From contig OX597825.1 of NCBI GenBank assembly GCA_951406725.2, positions 70,804,001 through 70,868,000 of the forward strand: a stretch of 64,000 bases of DNA, read 5' to 3'. The DNA comes from Octopus vulgaris (lineage: Eukaryota). Below, one piece after another: positions 12,428-26,089 of this stretch (position 1 is the first letter of the stretch; the number at the start of each line of letters is the position of its first letter). A program made the translations under genes and the position numbers. The notes below the pieces were generated by a model. It worked only from the letters and a program-made list of their open reading frames with translations. It had not been told where the DNA came from and ran no database searches.

Positions 12428-12476
<49 letters not shown>

Positions 12477-12612
12477 GAATATGTATATACATGCATATGT
12501 ATGTGAAAAATATATCATCATCATCGTTTAACATCTGATGATGATGATGATGACAACAATATATATTTTTTTCCATTTACATATGCATATATATATATAT
12601 ATATATATATAT

Positions 12613-12660
<48 letters not shown>

Positions 12661-14814
12661 GAGATATAGATATAAAAGAATTTTATTCTCGAATGCAGAA
12701 TAATGCTGAACATCATGGATGGGATAGATTATCCTTATATTGCAGAAAATTTGTCAGTGGCCAGCCACGAGACTCAAACTCATAATTAAACATACTTGTG
12801 CATATATACGACAAAAAAAGGCATTCATACAATTTAGTCTAACATTTGGCTACTATCTCCATACTTCTTGCTTAATCATTTTCCCACTCCTCCTCCTCCT
12901 CTTCCTTTTCCTCCTCTTACTACTACTACTACTACTACTACAACGATGAGTTAATGAGAGTGTTTATATGGTCACTTGGCCTGCTAAAGACAGCAATTAT
13001 CTCTCTCTCAAAACACATTTTTGCTCTCTTAGAAAAAAAGGAAGGGTGAACATATTACAAAATGTTCCTGATCTGTCCTTCCTCAATCATCCTTTCACCA
13101 TCACTTGAGGGTTCTTGTCCTGCGAGTACTTGATGACCTCACTAGTGCAGGCGTCGTCACGTTAAAACAAAGCACCCAGTACACTCTGCAAAGTGGTTGG
13201 CATTAGGAGGTGGGAGGGATCCAACCAAAGCAAACACTGGAGCCCAACACAGCCCTTTGGATCATCAAAATCTGCTGAAACATCCAACCCATGCCAGCAT
13301 GGAAAACAGACATTAAATGATGGTGATGACAATGATGATGACGATGATGATGATGATGATGAATTCAGGGAAAATTATATCTGAAGAATCTCTTTTATTT
13401 TTTTTCAAATTGGATGGGCATAGTTGGATTGTCTTGATCAAGGTTAAACAACAACAGCAACAACAGCTCTGCTATATCTGATTCACTGAAACGTCAGAAC
13501 ACAGAAGTTTAACATTTCTGAAAGATTTAGGTGACCTAGGGGTTCTGATAGAAGCTCTGCACCATTATCATATTTCTTGGTAACATTGATGCCAGACAAT
13601 GGTAGCAGCAGGGTAATAGGAAAATTGAGGGAGCAAGGGACAAAATATCATGAAACATTTTGTTAAAGTCCTCGCTGTGTCTGTATTCAGATCCAACCAA
13701 GGTCGACAAACTTTCATACTTCAAGGTCAATAAAATAGGTCGCGACTTGAATCAACAAACATATTTCTCTCTGAGGTCACTTAAACAGCTAGAAATAGCA
13801 GCCAAATTCCCCTCAAATCATAATCAGTGTCCTTGTTGTCTCCAGTCAAATCCTGCCCAAGTATACTAACTTTAATCCTTCAAGAAGTAGGTCAAGTCAA
13901 CAAACAAACTTTTCTAAGGTCACTCAACAAGCTAGAAATAACAGCTAAGTTTGCTTTAAATCTTACCCTCAATTTCTGGGGCTAAACAAGTACATGAGTA
14001 GTGTGGTTGATATAATCAACTCTACATGAAATGCACCAGCATGGCCACAGTCCAATAACTGAAACCAGTAAAAGGGGACAACTGGTTTCCTTTTCCACAT
14101 ATCTAGGTTTGGTTGTTTGTGGTTAAGAACTGTATAGCTCTGGGTTTGACTCCCACTGCATGAAACCTTAGGTAGCAAACGTGGTTGACAAAAACTGTAC
14201 AGAAGTCCATAAAGAGTGTGTGTTTGTGTATGTGTGTGCATGTGGGCATGTACTTGCACACTTTGAAATTAGAGTGGTCTCAAGTTCCATCCTAGCTACA
14301 TCCCTCTATGCCAACATTAAGCATGTCATCTCTAACGAGGTGGATAAAATAAGCACCAAAAACGAAACACTGGAATGAATATAACTAACAGACGCCCTTA
14401 AAAGATGGCATCTCATCATGGCCACAGGACCGTGCCAAAGATGCATGGAGGCAGGGTGCTAAAATGGTCCCAGTCCAAAGACGGAAACCAGAAAAAGAAC
14501 AAGTGACAAAGTCCCTTCCTTCACTTTAAGGAATGCGGTTAAAGAATGTGTGTGACAGTCAAGAAAAAGTCTGCCATCACAAAACGTCAGATATTTGGTT
14601 TGGTTTGGTGTGAAGAAAATTAGGTGAGAGAACTACATTAGATGACCCGACTCATCTAATTAATGGTAATTAAAGAAAATTTAGAAGAGAATACCAGCAC
14701 TTCACAGAGAATGACATGACAGAAGAATAATTAAATACTTTACTTCTTTCAACAAATAAGCAAACAAATACGTGTGTGTGTGTGTGTGTGTGTGGATATA
14801 ATATATATATATAT

Positions 14815-14860
<46 letters not shown>

Positions 14861-14891
14861 CCACACATATATATATATACATATGTATATC

Positions 14892-14922
<31 letters not shown>

Positions 14923-15008
14923 TGTGCGTAAAATATATAATATATACATATATGTAAAATATAATACATATGTATATATGTAATATATATATAATGTATA
15001 TATGTAAA

Positions 15009-15056
<48 letters not shown>

Positions 15057-15560
15057 TACATGTAATGTATATACTTATATATTTACACATATATATACAT
15101 ATATGCATGTAATATATATATCTATATATTTACATATATATACATATATACATGTAATGTGTATATCTATTTATATATTTATACATACATACATACATTC
15201 CTGACGATGAGGTCTTGAGTTCAGTCTCACTGCATAACACAGTGGGCAAGTGTCTTCTATAACATAGCCCCAGGGTGACCAAAGCCTTGTAGACAAAACT
15301 GAAAGAAGCTTGTTATGCATTCATACAGACATGTATGTATGCATGGTTTACTAATTACTGTTTGTCCCTCACCACGGCCTGACAATTAATGTTAGTTTGT
15401 TTACATCCCCATAACTTAACAGTTCAGTAAAAGGCACCAATATGATAAGTATCAGGCTTTCAAAAAAGAATAATAATAATAAGTATTGGGGTTGATTTGT
15501 TCAACTAAGCCCTTTGAAGCAGTGTCCCAACATGGCTGCAGTCCAAAGACTGATACAAGT

Positions 15561-15673
<113 letters not shown>

Positions 15674-16185
15674 TCCATCAACCAAATCCATTCACAAAGC
15701 TTTGGTTGGCTCAAAGCTATAGTAGAAAACATTCATTTAAGGTGCTATACAATGGGACTGAGCTTTTGAAACCATGTGGTCAGGGAGTAAATTTCTTACC
15801 ACAGAGCCATTTATTTATATAATTTATCATCATCATCATCATTGTTTAACATCTACTTTCCATACTGGCATGAGTTGGACGATTTGACTGAGGACTGGCG
15901 AAACAGATGGCTGCACCAGGCTTCAATATGAATGATCTGGCAAAGTTTCTATAGCAGGGTGCCTATTTTAACGCCAACCACTCCGAGAGTGTAGTGGGTG
16001 CTTTTATGTGCCACCGGCACTTCTTCCATCTTTACATTCTGAGTTCAAATTCCACCAAGGTGAACTTTGCCTTTCATCCTTTCAAGGTCTATAAGTATCA
16101 GTTGAGAGCATTAGGGTTGATGTATTTGGCTTGCCCCCTACCCCAAGATTACTAAGTTTTGTACCAACAGTAGAAAGAATTATTA

Positions 16186-16236
<51 letters not shown>

Positions 16237-16645
16237 GATAGGTAGAGAGAGGGAGAGAGAGAGCAGATGTTATAGTAATATAATTCTAGGTGTTTTTTCT
16301 GTATTTTTTTTTATGCAGAGATTTAAGACACCTAATCAAGAAATATTTGATAAAGATATTATAGCTAGTTATAGAATTACCAGAATCTCTCAGTATATCT
16401 TATCAAAAGGGGAAGTGAGCGTCATGGACTTTTAATCTTAAAATATGTTTTCGTTTACAAATATATCATAAGCAGTGTTTGTTTGTATAAATAAATTTTT
16501 GTTTAAATTTAATCTTTATATATTGCAACTGAAGAAAATAATCCCCCCACACACACACACACACACACCTACCGAATATGTCCTTTACAAAAAATTTAAA
16601 AAAATGAAAAGTTTGTTGCTACAGCTTAATTAATATACATATATA

Positions 16646-17066
16646 GGTGCAGGAGTGGCTGTGTGGTAAGTAGCTTGCTAACCAACCACAAGGTTCCGGG
16701 TTCAGTCCCACTGTGCGACATCTTGGGCAAGTGTCTTCTGCTATAGCCCCGGGCCAACCAATGCCTTGTGAGTGGATTTGGTAGACGGAAACTGAAAAAA
16801 AGCCTGTCGTATATATGTATATGTATATATATATGTATGTGTGTGTATATGTTTGTGTGTCTGTGTTTGTTCCCCGAGCATTGCCTGACAACCGATGCTG
16901 GTGTGTTTACGTCCCCGTCACTTAGCAGTTCGGCAAAAAGAGACCGATAGAATAAGTACTGGGCTTACAAAAAGAATAAGTCCCGGGGTCGAGTTGCTCG
17001 ACTAAAAGGTGGTGCTCCAGCATGGCCACAGTCAAATGACTGAAACAAGTAAAAGAGTAAAAGAGT
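16646..17066 (+). mobile_element. SINE family A
   Basis: Full-length match to 1741-2226. Confidence 0.85.
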
Positions 17067-17468
17067 ATATATATTAACATAACCAAGACATTTAAAACAC
17101 ATAAAAATAAACCAACAGGGGAACCTTTGTCTGCAGGTCTTAAACCTTTTGTAGTTCAGCATACATGCCCTTCACCAAATAGTATTTTACAAAATGTCCC
17201 CTGCGCATGTTTTGCATAATATTAAAAATGCAAATTTTGTACAAAGGTTTATTATCCGCGTTTTTATACTATTCCATTTAGCATGTGCCTCTCTTTAGAC
17301 ATTTTCATGGCTTAGTGACCTTCTATTGAATTGTTATGGAAATTACTAAAGAACAAGAGAGGTGACTTATAGAGCAAAATTTTATTAGACTCTGACACAT
17401 CGTCAGTCATGCTTAATATCTTATTGATAATACAAAATCCTATTCATGTTCTAACATTCTATTCATGT

Positions 17469-17730
17469 GTGGTGGCACGTGGCTTAGTGGTTAGGGTGTC
17501 AGCATCATGATCGTAAGATTGTGGTTTCGATTCCTGGACCGGGTGACGCATTGTGTTCTTGAGCAAAACACTTCATTTCACATTGCTCCAGTCCACTCAG
17601 CTGGCAAAAATGAGTAAGGCTGTGATGGACTGGTGTCCCATCCAACTAGGGAACACATACGCCATAGAAACTGGGAAACCGGGCCCATAAGCCTGGTTAG
17701 GCTTTAAAAGGGCACATTTATTATTTATTT
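17469..17730 (+). mobile_element. tRNA-derived SINE
   Basis: TGGCTTAGTGG...GGTTTCGATTCC head, (TTTA)-like tail and TSD-like TATTCATGT. Related copies at 1430-1700, 39080-39345 (-) and 29360-29640 (-). Confidence 0.8.
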
Positions 17731-17956
17731 ATTCATGTTCTAAGCCCAACAAAGGTTTTTTCAGAAAATTTGTTTAAAATGTTATAGGTACAAGTGTGGC
17801 TGAGTGGTAAGAAGTTTGTATCCCAGTCACATGGTATCAGGTTCAGTCCTACTGTGTGGCAATTTGGATAAGCATTCATCTTTCACTATAGACTCGGGCT
17901 GACGAAAGCCTTATGAGTAGATTTAATAGATATAAACTGAAAGGAACCCATGATGT

Positions 17957-17996
<40 letters not shown>

Positions 17997-18089
17997 AGAG
18001 ATTGTGTGTGTGTGTGTGCACGCACACGTGTGCACATGCATATGTGTGTCATTGTCTCTGTCTCAACATCATGTGAGATATTGCACAAA

Positions 18090-18720
18090 TTATCAACACT
18101 TATCTCAATAATGGAAACACAAACAGCTATCCTACAGGAACTGAAAACAAAACAATTGACAGATAAGAAAAGTATATGTACGAAATCTACATATAGAAAT
18201 CAAAGATTTATCTGAGACCCTATCAGAAGTGGTAAAAAAAAAAAGTCCAGGGGAAAGCCCAACACAGCCAGCATGGATACAGCAACTTAACAAAACAAAT
18301 TTAGAAAATGAAGCCTAACAAAAATGATAACAAATTTGGATGACATGGAAAAACCATTTTAATATACGTAAGTGGAATTTTTGGAAGGCGTACAAATGTA
18401 AAAAAAATATGCTGAGATATACACAGATTGGATTGAGTCAGACATGTCCATACTTCCCCGTAAATTCTTAATTAAAGGAATTATAGAACCAGAGGAAGAA
18501 GCAAAACTGAGATGGGTGCTGATTATGTTAAAATTGAGGACAGACATCTATATTAATCTAAATAAAGAGTATCGATTCAAGACAAAATACAAAACGGTGG
18601 ACAATATTTATCAAGGCGATATCAAAAATAGCCACAGGAAACATAGCTAAGAAAATGAAAGAGAGATGTGTGTTAAAGATATTACAAAAGAAAGTAAAAA
18701 ACGTGAAAACCAGACCATGT
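18090..18720 (+). mobile_element. Possible decayed L1/Tx1-like ORF2 3' fragment
   Basis: A-rich sense strand with broken K/I/L-rich reading frames. No clean motif is recognisable. Confidence 0.25.
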
Positions 18721-18794
18721 TTTAACTTTATTCAAATGATATTCTATACACATTTACACAAATTTGAAACAAAATATATACATATATATATATA

Positions 18795-18991
18795 CTTTAT
18801 TTAAAAGCAGCAAAAATGTAACAAAAGCTGTTACTCAGAGTTTCACGTTCCCGTTCGTCGGACGGGAACGTGAAACTCCGAGTAACAGCTTTTGTTATAT
18901 TTCTGCTGCTTTTAAATAAAGCATAGTACTCTACCTCTGGTATTTGAGTACTCTTCTTTCCACCTTGTTTCACATTTATGTGCTTACTTTG

Positions 18992-18995
<4 letters not shown>
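18795..18995. mobile_element. Hairpin mini-element in (TA)n with a hammerhead-like motif (probably Penelope-derived)
   Basis: 127-bp near-perfect palindrome 18795-18921 centred at 18858. Minus strand reads GT CCGACGA ACG ggaa CGT GAAA CTCTGAG TA AC. Flanked by (TA)n tracts. Confidence 0.6.
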
Positions 18996-19030
<35 letters not shown>

Positions 19031-20139
19031 CAAAGAACTTCCACAGAGTTTCTTATATCTTTACTGCCCACAAGCAGCTAAACATAGAGGGGACAAACAA
19101 GGACAGACAAACAGATTAAGTTAATTATATCGACCCCAGTGCAAAACTGGTACTTATTTAATCGATCCTGAAAGGATGATAGGCAAACTCGACCTCGGCG
19201 GAATTTGAACTCAGAACGTAGCGGCAGACGAAATACCGCTAAGCACATCACCCGACATGCTAACGTTTTTGCTAGTTTGCCGCCTTTTCTTCCACACAGT
19301 TTCTGTCTACCAAATCCACTCACAAAGCTTGGGATAACCCAAGGGTACAGTAGAAGACATTTGCTTAAGGTGCCATGTAATGGGAGTAAACATGTGAAGT
19401 CTCACCACCATGCCATGCAAGCACTGTCCTTTGTTTTCAATCTTCTATGAAAACATGTCTGGCTATAGTGAGATATTACCTTACTTGGAAACAAATGAAA
19501 ATTGGCAACAAGTAGGGTACCCAGCCATAGGGGGGGGGGGGACCACCTCAACAAATTCCATCTGATTTAGGCAAACATGGAAAAGGATGATGACGTTGAT
19601 GATGAGGAGGAGGAGGGTGATCTTAAAAGGAAAAGAACTTTGTTGTCAACAGTGGTGATGAGTATGGTACCTAGCTTGAATATTTTATCCCAAAGGAAAA
19701 TTGCAACTCCTCTAAACACCCAGCACCTGCTACAGTACCCCCTTGTGAGCTAGTAACAACCCTGGGTAGAGACACATACCACACAGGTTAAGGAACCACT
19801 GCTTCACGCAGTCATTTGACTTACTAGAAGCGGCAGCCAAATCTCCTTCAAATCACACCCCACACACGTGGTGCGGTAACAAGTAGTGGTCAGTATTGAT
19901 TGAGGAGAGGTACAGTGAAAGAGGTTCCACCCATAGCCATCCAGTACAGTTTGATAAATCAAGAACTACATAGTCTAATGTGTCTTTTCTTCTTTTTTTT
20001 TAAAAAAAAGATGGGTTGCTATTTCTAACAGACAGAACAACCACAAAGAAGCTGAATGTTGGTAACACAAAGAAAAACTTTCATGGAAAATACAGAAGAA
20101 AGGTTGAAAGCATGAAGGAAATAGGGAATAAAATAACAA

Positions 20140-20660
20140 CAACAATAGGAAAGGGAATGAGAGGGGAAGAGGGGGAGAGAGAGAAAGAAAGAATTAAGGA
20201 AACAATAGAGAGGAAGAGAGAATAAGGAAATGAGAAACAAAGAATGATGGAGAGAGGGAGAGAGATGGAGAGAAAGAATGAGAGAGTGAGAGAGAGGAAG
20301 AAAGAGAGAAAGGGGAGAGAGAAAGAAAGAATGAGAGAGTGAGAGAGGAAGAAAGAAAGAGGGGAGAGAGAAAGAGTTGGAAGAAGCAGGAGAAATAGAG
20401 AAAGAGAAAAAGGGAGAAATGTTGAGAGAGAGAGAGAGAAAGAATTAAGGAGAGACAATAGAGAGAATAAGGAAATGAGAAACAAAGAATCATGGAGAGA
20501 GAGAAGAGAAAGAATGAGAGAGAAAGAATGAGAGAGTGAGAGGGAGAAAGAGATAGAAGAAGCAGGAGAAATAGAGAAAGAGAAAAAGGGAGAAAGGTTG
20601 GGAGAGAGAAAGGTTGAAAGAGAGAGAAAGAGGTGGGAGTAATAATAGAAAACCAGGAGA
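20140..20660 (+). repeat. Purine-rich (GA) tract with internal duplication
   Basis: GAAAGAATTAAGGA..CAATAGAGAG..AATAAGGAAATGAGAAACAAAGAAT occurs at ~20186 and ~20437. Comparable pyrimidine tracts lie at 54565-54884 and 59255-59546. Confidence 0.8.
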
Positions 20661-21569
20661 AAGACTCTGATGCAGAAAACGAATGTGGCGAGGGTGGGGA
20701 AGGAATGAACAATAAAAAATATAAATATGGAAAGTAAGAAAGGAATCAGGAAAAGTGGTTTTCATTCAGTGTTATTGTTGCTGCTGCTGCTGTTGCTGCT
20801 GCTGTTGTTGTTGTTGTTGTTGTTGTTGTTTGATTGAATGACTGAATGAATGAATGGATGGATGGAGAGGCAGGGAAGTTGCTGATTGAAGTGTAAGCCT
20901 GTCATGAGATGCTGAAATGTCAGTGATGTAGGACAGCAGGGTCACACTGACACACAGTGACATGCACGCACACAGTCACATGCACAGACTAAGTCACACA
21001 CACAGTCACACACATGCACATATACATACATACATACAATGACTGACACAATAAGGTACATACACACACCCACCCAATCCTATATTTCATCAATGGCTAT
21101 AGATTTTTTTTTTTTGTTTCCTTTTTAGATATAGACCCTTGAATGATAAAAATTGATAAAAAAAACCAGCTCTGCTTTTTTTACATTACAGGCATGAAGT
21201 CTATAGAATGAGGAAGGAAAGGTTTATGGAATACACGCAATGATGGGGGCAGTAGTCAGATCATTTTATTTCCTTCAGGTAAGTGAAGTAACCTACAACT
21301 GTGGATGGATACAAAAAAAATGGAACCACTGACAATGGAATTACTCTCATCTTTATATAGTATTGCTCTCATCTTTGTAGTAATGCTATGTTAAGTCACT
21401 GAAACAGGCTAGGAACAACAGAACAATCCTCTTAAATCACCACTAGTAATCTTAAAACGAAGAAAGGACCCATTAAATAATGAAGTCCCAGGAACAAAAG
21501 AATAAAAATGGTCATTCCATCAAAACGTTTCTTAAGCAAAAAAAAATAAATAAAAAATAAAATAATAAC

Positions 21570-21620
<51 letters not shown>

Positions 21621-21622
<2 letters not shown>

Positions 21623-21902
21623 CAGGAAACCCAAAAATGGCAGAAATTCAAAAGATAGTGCTCATGGGAACTGCTCATATCCTACGCAAAATACTTTCTA
21701 TGTAATCTCAAGGTTTAAAACAAACATAATTTTCGGGGGTTTTTTTTTTTAGACATTCACTAGTACAACACCAAAAAAAAAAAAACAAATATATGGCACA
21801 CTAGGCATAACAACAACATGAACTTCCAACCTGTTGTCTCTTGAGGTCTCTGGGTGAGACTTGGAGCCAACTTGTACAAATATAAAGCAAAAGTCAAACA
21901 TA

Positions 21903-21904
<2 letters not shown>
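21621..21904 (+). mobile_element. 5'-truncated Dong/R4-like LINE end in (TAA)n
   Basis: PGNPKMAEIQKIVLMGTAHILRKILSM* (stop 21703-21705) followed by a 3' UTR. Long (TAA)n on both sides. Confidence 0.8.
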
Positions 21905-21959
<55 letters not shown>

Positions 21960-22448
21960 TAATGATAATGGTTTCAAATTTTGGCACAGCGATTTCAAGG
22001 TACTTATTTTATCAACCCCAAAAGGATGGAAGGTAAAGTTGACTTTGGCAGCAGTCTGAAGCAAGAACAAACGAGCGAATAAAATGCTGTTAAGCATTTT
22101 GTACAGTTTGCTAACAATTCTGCCAGTTCACTGCCATAATAATAACAATAATAATAATAATAATAATAATCTTTTCTATTAAAGGCACAAGGCCTGAAAT
22201 TTGGGGGTTACTAGTCAATTACATTGACCTCCAAAATTTCATTTATCGACCCCAAAAGGATGAAAGGTAAAGTCAACCTCAGCAGAATTTGAACTAGGAG
22301 CGTAAAGGCACACAAAATGCTGCTAAGCATTTCACCTGGCGGGCTTATATGTTTCCACAGAAGATTGGAAATGAGGGACACTGCTTGTATGATGGTGATA
22401 CTTGTTTACAACTACTGCCTGATATCAAGGCAAGGAAACACACTCACA

Positions 22449-22560
<112 letters not shown>

Positions 22561-23840
22561 TCTCTTCTATTTTTTTATTATTATAAATCTTCCACTGAGG
22601 AGGGAACCGGTTTCCAACAAAGATACAAGGCTCCACCTTTGGGATGTAGTTAACACAGACAAAATTCACATTTGGAACTTTAGAAAAGTCTTACATATTT
22701 TTACTGTTCCACTCACAGATTGCACTTGTAATGTACAAATCAGCCGGTCAGTTTCTCTTTCTGAAAATCCCAGTTTATCCAGATTCTCCTTTAAACATTT
22801 ACTAACAAAACCTCTGTGTGTGTGTCCGTGCGTGCATGTATGCATGTATGTATATGTATGCATGCCTGCATGAACAATTATAATTCTCATCAAAATATGT
22901 TAAGTGAAATAATTCATTGAGGCTTGAAAAAACAGCTGAAGTTTATAACCAAATTAATTAACAAACCTAATTACAAGGCAAATAACTAAACTAAGCAAAT
23001 AGAAATTTAAAAAGCATCAAAATGAAATTTGAAGATGACTAGTTTTTAGTTAAATGGTTGAGAGTTTAGTTAAGCATTTGAAACAAATCAGAGTTAATAC
23101 CAATGCTAGCAACGACAGGGGAAGAAAAATACAAACGAGTACATGAGATTATGTTTAATCAAATGATCACAAACCATGTGCTTGCTTACTGTGTGTGAAT
23201 ACATATGGCAAGGGTTTGTTTCATTCATAAAAACACCAGTATGTACTACACATCCCTTTTACATTTAACAATGTAACTTATGGCAGACAACACGGTTTTA
23301 GAAAGCTAGATGTTCGCTGGAATATAAGCACTGAATCATACGCAAATGTGTGGCAGGGGCTTGGGGGAGGGGGTGGGGATATATCCTGATGAGAGAACCT
23401 GTGATTTCTGGAAGGCTTCCAATGTCAGTCAATTGTACAACATATGGTGCTTTACAGAGCCATTGAGGAAGCCTCTTCATGGAGGCTCTGTCTGCTTAGA
23501 AATAGCAGCCAAATCCCTATAAAAACCACACTCTAACATCTAAAAGAAAATATGTGTAAAGAGATATTAAGATAATATAGTACTGGATGAAACTATAATT
23601 AAGGTGGTATCAACGTATTTCATGCAGGGAGCATAAATAAAAAAAAAACTAACTTGAAATAAATATGTGACGAGACAGACAGCTAAATAAACAGACAGTC
23701 TAGTTAGTATTAATACATTTAATGCAGAGAGCATTAAAAAAAATCTAACTGAAAATAATTATGCAGTGAGGGAACAAGAAGAAAAAAAATAATATTAAAT
23801 GCTGAATAATAATATTTTAACTATTTGAGGAGGAGATAAA

Positions 23841-23880
23841 TCTAGACATGTTTCAGTCTTATTAAGGCTTCATCAGCAAA
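23841..23880 (-). ncRNA. Minimal type I hammerhead-ribozyme-like motif
   Basis: Minus strand: TTTG CTGATGA AGCCTT aat AAGACT GAAA CATG TC TAGA. It has an intact CUGAnGA/GAAA/GUC core, stem II with one mismatch, palindromic ACATGT stem III and a 4-bp wobble stem I. Confidence 0.6.
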
Positions 23881-23919
23881 GTATAAACTTCACCGTACTT
23901 ACTAACAAAGTGACAAGAG

Positions 23920-24248
23920 TTCTGCATCCAAGCTGAAGACCTCTACATTCACTCACACTTGAGACTAATAATCTCTGCATCCACTCACCCTCAAGGCTAC
24001 ATCCACTCATCCTCAAAGCTACAGAACACTGCATCCACTCGCACTTAAGGCTTAAGTACTCTACAGCCATTCTACTTCATGGCTTAAAATCTATACAACC
24101 ACTTACCATCAAGATAGAAGAAATCTACATCCACTCACCCTCAAGATTAAAGAAATCTGCATTCACTCAATCTCAAGACTAAATATTCTGCATACACTCA
24201 CCCTCAATGCTAAAGAACTCTGCATACACTCACCCTCAATAATAAAGA
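23920..24248. repeat. ~32-bp degenerate minisatellite, about 10 copies
   Basis: Unit TCTGCATACACTCACCCTCAATGCTAAAGAAC. Period 32 at 24187/24219. Confidence 0.85.
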
Positions 24249-24484
24249 TCTTTAGCTGAAATATTAAATTTTTCCTCCAAATATCAAACTGGTATTTATA
24301 AACAGACATATGAGTCAACAAAGGAATCTCAGCCTGCTAGAAATAACACTCAACTCTCCTTCAAATCAAGCTCCAACACCATAAAAAGGAAGGACACAAT
24401 GGAACAATGTTGCCCTACATACACTTTGCTTGAGAAAAAGATGGAATAGTAACAAACTATTTTACTTGTTCAGGCCTAACAACA

Positions 24485-24566
<82 letters not shown>

Positions 24567-25301
24567 TTTTAAACATCTCATAATATTACTTGTTCCATGA
24601 AATCTATCAATAAGAGAATTGTGACATTGGCAATAAACAACTAGTGTGATCAATAAATTAACCATATCATAACTTTGACTATCGTGTTGGGTTGGAAAAT
24701 AGCCAAAATAATCATGTTAATAATAATGATGGTGGTGGTGGTGGTGGTGGTGGTGGTGGCGGCGGCGGCGGCAGCAGCAATGGTGGTAACAGTGGAGGTG
24801 ATGGTGGTGGTTTTGATGGTGGTAGTAGTTACTTTTACTTTGCCACAGGGGCATAGATCAGAGGGGACACTGCAAGGAGAGTCTACAATTACATAAAAGA
24901 TGAGGGGGAAAAGAAAAGGAAGAGGCAGTGAAACGAGATAAAAGTATACATGGTATAAAAAATATGTAAACGCATCAATGATGCAGTTCTCTTGATAGAG
25001 GAGAACCTCTAAGTAGGGGCCAGTCAAGGAATCCCGCAGATTCAGGATTATACTGACCACCATATCCACAGCCCCTCGCCCAACTGTTGTTCTCCAAAGA
25101 ACAAGGCCTGAAATTTTGAGCGAGGAGGTCTAGTAGATTATATTAGCCCACCCCACTCCCAGTACTTCATTGGTACTTAGCTTATCAAACCAGAAAGGAT
25201 GAAAGACCAAAGTTGAACTTGGTGGAATTTGAACTCAAGCCAGAAGAAACATCACTAAACATTTCATTCAGCGTAGTCACAATTCTGCCAGCTCACTGCC
25301 C

Positions 25302-25334
<33 letters not shown>

Positions 25335-25680
25335 CCGTGATCGTGATAATGATTTTTTCAAGTTTTGGCACAAGGCCAGCAAAGTTAGGAGTAGAGGATA
25401 GTCAAGTACATTGAATCTAGGACTTGACCGGTACTTTCTTTTAATAATAAAGACCAATAATTTAATTTCAGAACAAGGTCAGCAATTTTGAGGGGAGGTG
25501 TGTGGTGGGGTGGGAGTCAGTGAATTAATTATATAAACCCCAGTGCTAGAGGGATAGAAAGAAGGCAAAATTGGACCTCAGCAGGATTTGAACTCAGAAC
25601 GTAAAGAACCAGAACAAATGCAACAAGGGCGTTTTTTCTGATGCTCCAGTGATTCTGCTGCCAGCTTGCCAACAAAACAA

Positions 25681-25747
<67 letters not shown>

Positions 25748-26057
25748 TCAGAGAAAAGAGACAGAGAGGTAAAGATGAGGGAGACAGGAAGAGAAATGCA
25801 AAAGAGGGGAAAACTGGGAGATAGAAAGGAAGAATATTGAAAGAGAGAGAGAGGGAGGTACTCAGAGGAAGAGATGGGGAGAGAGAGAGAAAACGGGGTG
25901 GTGGTGTTAAAGTGGAATGGTGAAATACTGTTGTTGAAAACAGCAATAGCTGAGTTATTGTGTGAAGTGAATACAATTAGAGTATATTACAGAAATTAAC
26001 TAAATCACTCATTAGATTAATAAATAAAAACTTAATAAAATTAGAAATCTTTTTTTT

Positions 26058-26089
<32 letters not shown>

